NCBI RefSeq assembly: GCF_000446015.1 | Contig: NC_022093.1 | Location: 1,590,001-1,622,000 of the forward strand | Reading direction: 5' to 3' | Length of the DNA: 32,000 nucleotides | DNA from: Thermofilum adornatum | Lineage (GTDB): Archaea; Thermoproteota; Thermoprotei; Thermofilales; Thermofilaceae | Shown: positions 26,581 through 32,000 of the stretch, in pieces | Position numbering within the stretch: the first letter of the stretch is position 1 | How the letters are laid out: each line of letters starts with the position of its first letter | Position numbers and translations under genes: made by a program | The notes under the pieces: generated by a model | Database searches by the model: none | What the model was told of the DNA's origin: nothing | The model's input: the letters and a program-made list of their open reading frames with translations, nothing else

Positions 26581-26982
26581 ATGAGTGTAAAGGGCGAACT
26601 AGAAGGCACAGCTCTCAAAATATACATCTACCTCCTAGAGTCTAACGAAGATGCAGGGGTAAGAGAAATAGCCCGAGATCTAGGCCTCCCGGTAAGCACG
26701 GTTCACTACCATCTAAAGCGTCTAGAAGAGCTGGGCTACGTTGAGAAAACCACAGACGGCTACAAAGTTGCACAGCGGCTAAAGCTGAGAGACTACATTG
26801 TTATTGGTAGCAGGGTCATCCATAGATTTACCCTTTATTCTTTGTTCTTCCTAGGCTTTGCCATCGGTGAGGCAATACTTGTCATACAGTCTCAATCGAT
26901 AAATCCCGACAGAATAGCAGTCTTGATAGCCACTCTCCTGGCTTCCCTTATATTTGGCATAGAACGCTTAAGGATAAAATGA
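26581..26982 (+). CDS. Membrane-tethered winged-helix transcriptional regulator (ArsR/TrmB-like wHTH plus 2 C-terminal TM helices)
   Basis: 'GVREIARDLGLPVSTVHYHLKRLEELGYVEK' is the wHTH recognition region. It is followed by the hydrophobic helices 'FTLYSLFFLGFAIGEAILVI' and 'IAVLIATLLASLIFGI'. TATA-like 'ttaatataat' lies ~28 nt upstream of the ATG. Confidence 0.7.
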   Translation: MSVKGELEGTALKIYIYLLESNEDAGVREIARDLGLPVSTVHYHLKRLEELGYVEKTTDGYKVAQRLKLRDYIVIGSRVIHRFTLYSLFFLGFAIGEAILVIQSQSINPDRIAVLIATLLASLIFGIERLRIK

Positions 26983-27011
26983 TGTCTCTATGCTTAATGC
27001 TTATGCTTCGG

Positions 27012-28110
27012 CTAGTTTAACTTTTCCCAATTAAGATTCTTCCCCACGAGATAAAGTAGCAGCCCTAGGGCTAGAATCATAGCGATCCTTGCGCTAGCTG
27101 GGGCGCTAATAGCTTCTACAATTAATCCTCCCAGCGAATAGCCAAGAGACCAAGAGAAATTAACTGTCCCCGATCCTAGAGACTCGTTGCCCTCATATGT
27201 CCTCGTAACGAGGCTTTGAGCCCTACTAATGAGTGTAGCGTTAATTACTCCTAAAGCAAATACTCCAATCAACTCGAGGAAGCCTCCCAGAGAAAAGAAT
27301 AGAACAAGCCCCAGGAATAGTGCTACATATGGGTAAAGGCTCCCCTCGACCTCTCGTGAAGCATACTTAAGAGTATACAGTCCAATAAAGCCTGAAAAAA
27401 TAGTAGAGAGTCAACAGAAGCCCTGAATCCGTGGCTGAAAGCCCCACCTCAAAAGCTATGGGGACTGACAGAGCTGGCAATGCACTCTCAACTAGCCCCA
27501 CGGTTAGGGCTAGAAACAACTCTGGAGAAAACTTAAAGCGGAGAACTTCCCTTCTTGGACCAGGAGATGGCTGTCTCAAATAATTGTCACCCGTTAGGAG
27601 AAGCAGGCCACCACCAAAAACAGACGCTAACATATAGAATAGGAATGGAAGAGCAACAGCAAGCTTTTGGAGGAGGGAAGCTATGAAGGGGCCAATTGTG
27701 AAGCCTAGGGAAGTAGCTATGAAAAGACGGCCTATGTCTACAATTCTCCTTTCACCCGAAGACCTGGAAACCTCGCCGATTATGCCAGACCAAATGAAAG
27801 CTTCGAGTATTCCCTCAATTATCCTTCCAAGGACTAGCAGGCCTATGCTTCGACCCACTAGGAAGAGCAAACCAGGAAAAACATTCAGCAACATGGCTAG
27901 TGGCACAATTCTCTTGAAGCCAAACCTGTCTACAATTGCGCCACCCGGGATATTGCATAATAGGTAGGTGAAGCCCCATGCACTAATAATTAGCCCTGTA
28001 TGCTGTCCAAGGCCGATCGATTCTGCTAGTGCCGGAATTGTTCCAACAACGCTTCCAACCCCCAGCATAAAAATGAAGGAGGAAAGATACAGGATCATTT
28101 TCCCGTTCAT
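27012..28110 (-). pseudogene. MFS transporter split by a frameshift at a homopolymer
   Basis: 27367-28110 encodes the MFS N-terminal half ('GGAIVDRFGFKRIV' is motif A). The second frame is open from 27410 down to 27012 and encodes further TM helices. The frames switch at the A6 run 27395-27400. The junction would read ...LLLTLYYF/SGFIGLYTLKY... Confidence 0.7.
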
Positions 28111-29429
28111 TTATAGCTCACCCTTTTAGCAACCTCATTGAACTCTTCCAGAGCCCTAATATAAAGTTCCTCGTTTCTTAGCCTACCATCGTAGACCAAG
28201 AGTTCACCATTTACTATCACGTGTCTAACAGCTCTACACCCACCAGAGAAAACAAGGTTATCGAGAACATTTTCCGAAGGCAACATAGAGGGAAGGGTCA
28301 AGTCAACTAAGACGAGATCCGCGTATGCCCCTGGAGATATTACTCCAAGCTTGCCGCTTGAATCGAGAGCCAGGCCGCCGTTCCTGGTAGCCATGTCAAG
28401 GGCGAGCTGTGCATTTACACGCCTGTCGAAGCCCTCTCTGGCCCTCTGCATTAGGATAAAGGTCTTCATCTCGGAAAAAAGATCTAGAGAATCATTGCTC
28501 GCCGCTCCATCGGTTCCCAGCCCAACATTCAAGCCCTGATTAATCATTTTCAAGGCAGGCGCTATGCCATTTCCAAGCTTGGCGTTGCTCGTGGGACAAT
28601 GAGCCACGTTCACGCCATGTTTTGCTAAGACCTGTATATCGATGGGGTCGAGGTTTACGCCGTGGGCAACGATAACGTCGGGCCCCAGAAAGCCTATCTT
28701 CTCAAGCATGCCCGTCTCACTTACGCCAAACATCTTCCTAGAAAGCTCCTCGTTTACCATGCTCTCAGATAGGTGGGCGTGTAGCTTTAGCCCATTTTTT
28801 CTCGCCTCCTCGGAGGCTATCCTTAGCAATTCAGGGCTACTACTTGGGAACCCTACTGGCCCCAAAAGAAAATTTAATTGCCCCGTTGCCATTTTCTCCC
28901 TAGCCACCTTTGAGGCTTTTTTAACCTCTTCTTCTGGGTCTGCCACCCGTGTAAACCCACTAACCCCTGTTTCAGCTGTGTCCACAAGTGCAATGGCTTC
29001 GTAGAGCCTTATCCCAACTTCCCTCGCGGCGCTGACGATTGGCTCAACGTTTCCCTCCATGTCAAGGAAGGTAGTCGTCCCGCAGAGAAGTCCCTCGATA
29101 AATGTAAGCCTAGCCGCCGCCCTTACGTCCACATCGTCCAGCTTCTCGTATTCCAAGTCAACTAGGCGTAGCCAATTCATCAGCGGCTCATCGAATCGCC
29201 CACGTAGGAGTACCTGCACAGAGTGCGTGTGGAGGTTAACTAGGCCCGGTAGAACCGCCATTTTACTAGCGTCTAGAACAAGGTCCGGCGTATACTTTTC
29301 TTTCAAGAGAGAAGACTTACCTATTTCCTTTATAATACCTCCAGATATGTAGATAGAAGTGTCTCTGAGTACCTCTCTTTTATCGTTCTGTGTGAAGACT
29401 ATGCCTGCATTTTCAATGAGTATATTCAT
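28107..29429 (-). CDS. mtaD: Amidohydrolase of the MTA/SAH (5'-deoxyadenosine) deaminase family
   Basis: 'LPGLVNLHTHS', 'LHAHLSES', 'VAHCPTSNAKLGNGIAP' and 'GLGTDGAASNDSLDLFSEMK' are the metal-binding and substrate motifs of the MtaD/DadD/ATZ-TRZ subgroup. Overlaps the upstream gene by 17 nt and the downstream gene by 4 nt. Confidence 0.75.
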   Translation of the reverse strand: MNILIENAGIVFTQNDKREVLRDTSIYISGGIIKEIGKSSLLKEKYTPDLVLDASKMAVLPGLVNLHTHSVQVLLRGRFDEPLMNWLRLVDLEYEKLDDVDVRAAARLTFIEGLLCGTTTFLDMEGNVEPIVSAAREVGIRLYEAIALVDTAETGVSGFTRVADPEEEVKKASKVAREKMATGQLNFLLGPVGFPSSSPELLRIASEEARKNGLKLHAHLSESMVNEELSRKMFGVSETGMLEKIGFLGPDVIVAHGVNLDPIDIQVLAKHGVNVAHCPTSNAKLGNGIAPALKMINQGLNVGLGTDGAASNDSLDLFSEMKTFILMQRAREGFDRRVNAQLALDMATRNGGLALDSSGKLGVISPGAYADLVLVDLTLPSMLPSENVLDNLVFSGGCRAVRHVIVNGELLVYDGRLRNEELYIRALEEFNEVAKRVSYK

Positions 29430-30177
29430 CCTTGTTCTCCTCCATCAACTTTACGGCATTCAAGACAATTTTAACCATTTTCTCGACGCCCTTTATGTAG
29501 TCTTCCTGTGAAAAAGCTTCAGGCTCAGCCACGAGGTTGTTTCCCATACAGAGAAGGATGGCTCCCGCCCTTTTCCTCCTCACCCTGCTGACTATGTATA
29601 TTCCGCTCACCTCGTTTTCTACACATAGGACGCCCCCCTCAAGCCACGGGTCATATACGCTTCGTTTTGAGGGGGGCATTTCTCCTATCCATGTCCCCCT
29701 ATAATACGCGTCATGGGTCCACACTATCCCTCTCTTAACGCCTATGCCGAGCGACCTTGCAGAGTCCAACAGTGCACGTATAACGTAGTGGTCTCCCATA
29801 GCTGGATACTCGACAGGCAAATACTCTTTTGTAGCGCCGTCACCCCTCACCGCCGCTTCGGCAACGATGATATCGCCTGCATGCACCGATGGGTCTATTC
29901 CCCCACATGTTCCCAGCCTAATAAAGACCTCTGCACCAATATTTGCGAGCTCCTCGACAGCTATGGTTGCCGCGGGGCAACCGATACCCGTCGATGTCAC
30001 AGATATACCGATGCCTTTCCATGTCCCAGTATATGTGACGTATTCCCTGTTCTCGGCTATCTTCCTAGCGCTGTCTAGGTAGCTAGCTATGAGAGGCACC
30101 CTTCCGGGGTCGCCTGGCAGGATTACATACTTTGCAACGTCTCCCGGTTTGCATCTAATGTGGTATTGCAGGCTCAC
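29413..30177 (-). CDS. udp: Uridine phosphorylase-like nucleoside phosphorylase (PNP_UDP_1 family)
   Basis: 'YVILPGDPGRVPLIA', 'NREYVTYTG', 'STGIGCPAATIAVEELANIGAEVFIRLGTCGG' and 'AVRGDGATKEYLPVEYPA' parallel E. coli Udp motifs as I recall them. Confidence 0.7.
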   Translation of the reverse strand: MSLQYHIRCKPGDVAKYVILPGDPGRVPLIASYLDSARKIAENREYVTYTGTWKGIGISVTSTGIGCPAATIAVEELANIGAEVFIRLGTCGGIDPSVHAGDIIVAEAAVRGDGATKEYLPVEYPAMGDHYVIRALLDSARSLGIGVKRGIVWTHDAYYRGTWIGEMPPSKRSVYDPWLEGGVLCVENEVSGIYIVSRVRRKRAGAILLCMGNNLVAEPEAFSQEDYIKGVEKMVKIVLNAVKLMEENKDEYTH

Positions 30178-30222
30178 AGCATTTAGACTATTAATAACCC
30201 GTTAAAAACTGTACACAAAAAA

Positions 30223-30231
30223 TTATAAATA
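30223..30231 (+). promoter_or_regulatory. TATA box of the ECF transporter operon
   Basis: 'TTATAAATA' is centred ~35 nt upstream of ATG 30262, implying a very short or absent 5' leader. Confidence 0.5.
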
Positions 30232-30235
30232 GAGC

Positions 30236-30259
30236 TTTGTCGAAACATATTTCGACAAA
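30236..30259. promoter_or_regulatory. Perfect 10-4-10 inverted repeat (candidate operator or 5' hairpin)
   Basis: TTTGTCGAAA-CATA-TTTCGACAAA. The arms at 30236-30245 and 30250-30259 are exact reverse complements. It lies between the TATA box and the ATG (30262). Confidence 0.6.
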
Positions 30260-30261
30260 CC

Positions 30262-30855
30262 ATGAGCCAAGAAATAAAAGAAGTTTCTCCAACAGGAAAA
30301 GCAATAATCGCCGTCGTCCTTATACCCACAATTGCTGCCCTAAATTACGTGGGCGGAGTCATTGTTGAAGCCCTAAAGGCTCCAATATGGGGAGATACCT
30401 GGGCAACAATACTTGGCACATTTATAGGTGGCTTCTGGGTAGGAGCGGCTGGAGGATTCCTCTACAACATAATAATGGCTCTCACGGTTTGGGGTCTTCC
30501 AAGCTGGGTATGGGGCTTTGCAAACGTAGCTATAGCAGCAATCGCTTGGTTCATGATGAAGATGGGATGGACCGATTTAAAGAAGCCGATGACATGGGTC
30601 ATGATGATTATCCTCTACGGGCTTGTATATCCCCTATTCACGACAGCTATAAGCATCCTTGTCTTTGGCGGGGGACCCCTTTATAAGCCACTAGCAGCAG
30701 CTGTCTATGCTGGTGTGCTGTCCTCGACTGGAAACTTCTGGCTGGCAAACTATGTCCAGAATGCATTCACCGAAATAATTGACAAGCCCATCAGCTTCAT
30801 AATCTCTGTGATTATCGCGCAACGCATACCGAAGAGATTCGTCCTTGCCAAATAA
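30262..30855 (+). CDS. Putative ECF transporter substrate-specific (S) component
   Basis: 197 aa, about 6 TM helices. 'LNYVGGVIVEALKAPIWGDTWATILGTFIGGFWVGAAGGFLYNII' resembles the helix1-loop-helix2 signature of ECF S components. It sits directly upstream of ecfT and ecfA. Confidence 0.55.
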   Translation: MSQEIKEVSPTGKAIIAVVLIPTIAALNYVGGVIVEALKAPIWGDTWATILGTFIGGFWVGAAGGFLYNIIMALTVWGLPSWVWGFANVAIAAIAWFMMKMGWTDLKKPMTWVMMIILYGLVYPLFTTAISILVFGGGPLYKPLAAAVYAGVLSSTGNFWLANYVQNAFTEIIDKPISFIISVIIAQRIPKRFVLAK

Positions 30856-30933
30856 ACAATAGGGGACACTTCATTAAAATGGTTCTTTTTTGTAGTCTAA
30901 AACTATAAATGTATGTATGGGTGCTAGACTTCA

Positions 30934-31779
30934 ATGTCGGTAGGAGTATCACTTCTAAAGAAGACCGCAGTAGAGGCAGAAACCTTTGTCCAGAGGCTTG
31001 ACGGGCGCGTCAAATTCTTGTATTTCCTCTGGGCAACTATAATAGTCTATATTTTCTTCGACCCCATACTCAACCTGATATTCCTAGCCGTCACAATGGC
31101 TCTAGCAGTCTACGCAAAATGCTGGAAACCCATCGCTCTGACACTACTCATTATCGTAGTACCATGGATACTATTCGCGGTTCCAATATTGGCTTTGCCG
31201 CTTGGATTCCCATGGAACAAAACAATAATAGGCTACATCAACATACTTGGAAAGAACTACCCTGTCTACCTTGAGGGCTTGGGGTGGGGCGTCACCTGGC
31301 CCCTCCGCGTCTCAGTAGCAATTTCTACTGCGTTATTGTTCTTCTTGACAACTAACCAGGCCAAACTTGTCGCCACAATGTTCAAAATGAAGTTTCCCTT
31401 CAAGCTCATCTACATGGTGATAGCTACTTTCCAGTTTATTCCTCTCCTAGCTTCGGAAGCCAACACTATAATGCAGGCGCAGATCGCGAGGGGGCTGAGG
31501 ACAGACGTCGGCTTCGTGCAGAAAATAAAAAATTACCTGGCAGTCGTTATTCCGCTAACGCTCAGCGCACTGAACAAGGTACAGATAAGAGCAATAGCCC
31601 TTGAGTCGAGAGGCTTCAGTGCCCCCGTTAAGAAGACCCTCCTCTACGAGGCGAGCTTCACAAAGCTCGACTATGCCTTCCTCATGACAATGCTCCTCGT
31701 CACAGTTTTCCTTGCCTGGGTCTATGTGTATATAGGCTTCTCCCCCTTGGCCCATCTCCCATGGATATGGTCTGGGTGA
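30934..31779 (+). CDS. ecfT: ECF transporter transmembrane (T) component, EcfT/CbiQ family
   Basis: 281 aa, polytopic. '[10 protein letters not shown]' matches the conserved Ala-Arg-Gly coupling-helix motif. Confidence 0.75.
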   Translation: MSVGVSLLKKTAVEAETFVQRLDGRVKFLYFLWATIIVYIFFDPILNLIFLAVTMALAVYAKCWKPIALTLLIIVVPWILFAVPILALPLGFPWNKTIIGYINILGKNYPVYLEGLGWGVTWPLRVSVAISTALLFFLTTNQAKLVATMFKMKFPFKLIYMVIATFQFIPLLASEANTIMQAQIARGLRTDVGFVQKIKNYLAVVIPLTLSALNKVQIRAIALESRGFSAPVKKTLLYEASFTKLDYAFLMTMLLVTVFLAWVYVYIGFSPLAHLPWIWSG

Positions 31780-31784
31780 AGAAC

Positions 31785-32000
31785 ATGGAACCAATAATTA
31801 AGGTCGAAAACTTAACATATGCATATCCAACAAGCAAAGACTTTGTTCTCAAAAATATCTCTTTCACAGTCAACAAGGGAGAAGTACTCGCGGTCATCGG
31901 TCCAAACGGGGCTGGAAAATCCACTCTACTAAAGGCTCTAAACGGCCTCGTGCCACACTTTTACGGTGGAAAATACGGCGGCAGGGTTATCGTATCAGGT
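31785..32000 (+). CDS. ecfA: ECF/ABC transporter ATP-binding protein (N-terminal part; continues beyond the window)
   Basis: '[12 protein letters not shown]...[36 protein letters not shown]' contains the Walker A motif. ATG 31785 lies 5 nt after the ecfT stop; GTG 31776 is an alternative start. Confidence 0.8.
   Translation, partial: MEPIIKVENLTYAYPTSKDFVLKNISFTVNKGEVLAVIGPNGAGKSTLLKALNGLVPHFYGGKYGGRVIVSG

Overview
The window looks archaeal, most likely from a hyperthermophilic crenarchaeon (Thermoprotei/Desulfurococcales-like). This is inferred from tight gene packing, frequent GTG/TTG starts, A/T-rich TATA-like boxes about 25-35 nt upstream of start codons (leaderless style), and gene content: GTP-type PEP carboxykinase, a two-gene SufC/SufB module, a UPF0173 hydrolase, HEPN/nucleotidyltransferase pairs and secreted proteins dense in Asn-X-Ser/Thr. 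No database search was possible. I support about 35 protein-coding features. I found no rRNA, tRNA, CRISPR array, transposase or integrase.

Core metabolism and housekeeping: HtrA-like protease, MFS and MATE transporters, sufC-sufB, pckG, a JAMM protease, an NAD-epimerase, Bcp peroxiredoxin, a C69-type peptidase, a udp-mtaD-MFS salvage operon, and a divergent ECF transporter (S-T-A).

Accessory or poorly understood content:
- A truncated operon of large glycoprotein-like secreted proteins (1-3065).
- A membrane-anchored protein with 21 uninterrupted heptads (3582-4448), next to a decayed PD-(D/E)XK-like gene.
- Two different HEPN/nucleotidyltransferase toxin-antitoxin-like pairs.
- A strongly AT-rich single-gene island encoding a CPGC-motif membrane protein beside bcp (18.0-18.9 kb).
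- Two membrane-linked winged-helix modules, one translationally coupled to a polytopic membrane protein and one membrane-tethered regulator divergent from a secreted beta-propeller protein.
- A perfect 10-4-10 palindrome between the TATA box and the start codon of the ECF S-component gene.

Three genes are interrupted at short A/T homopolymers, and one of them also carries an in-frame TAG. This is either real decay or homopolymer sequencing error.

I cannot identify one clear-cut new multi-gene system. The items above are the best candidates, and all functional interpretations beyond motif recognition are hypotheses.
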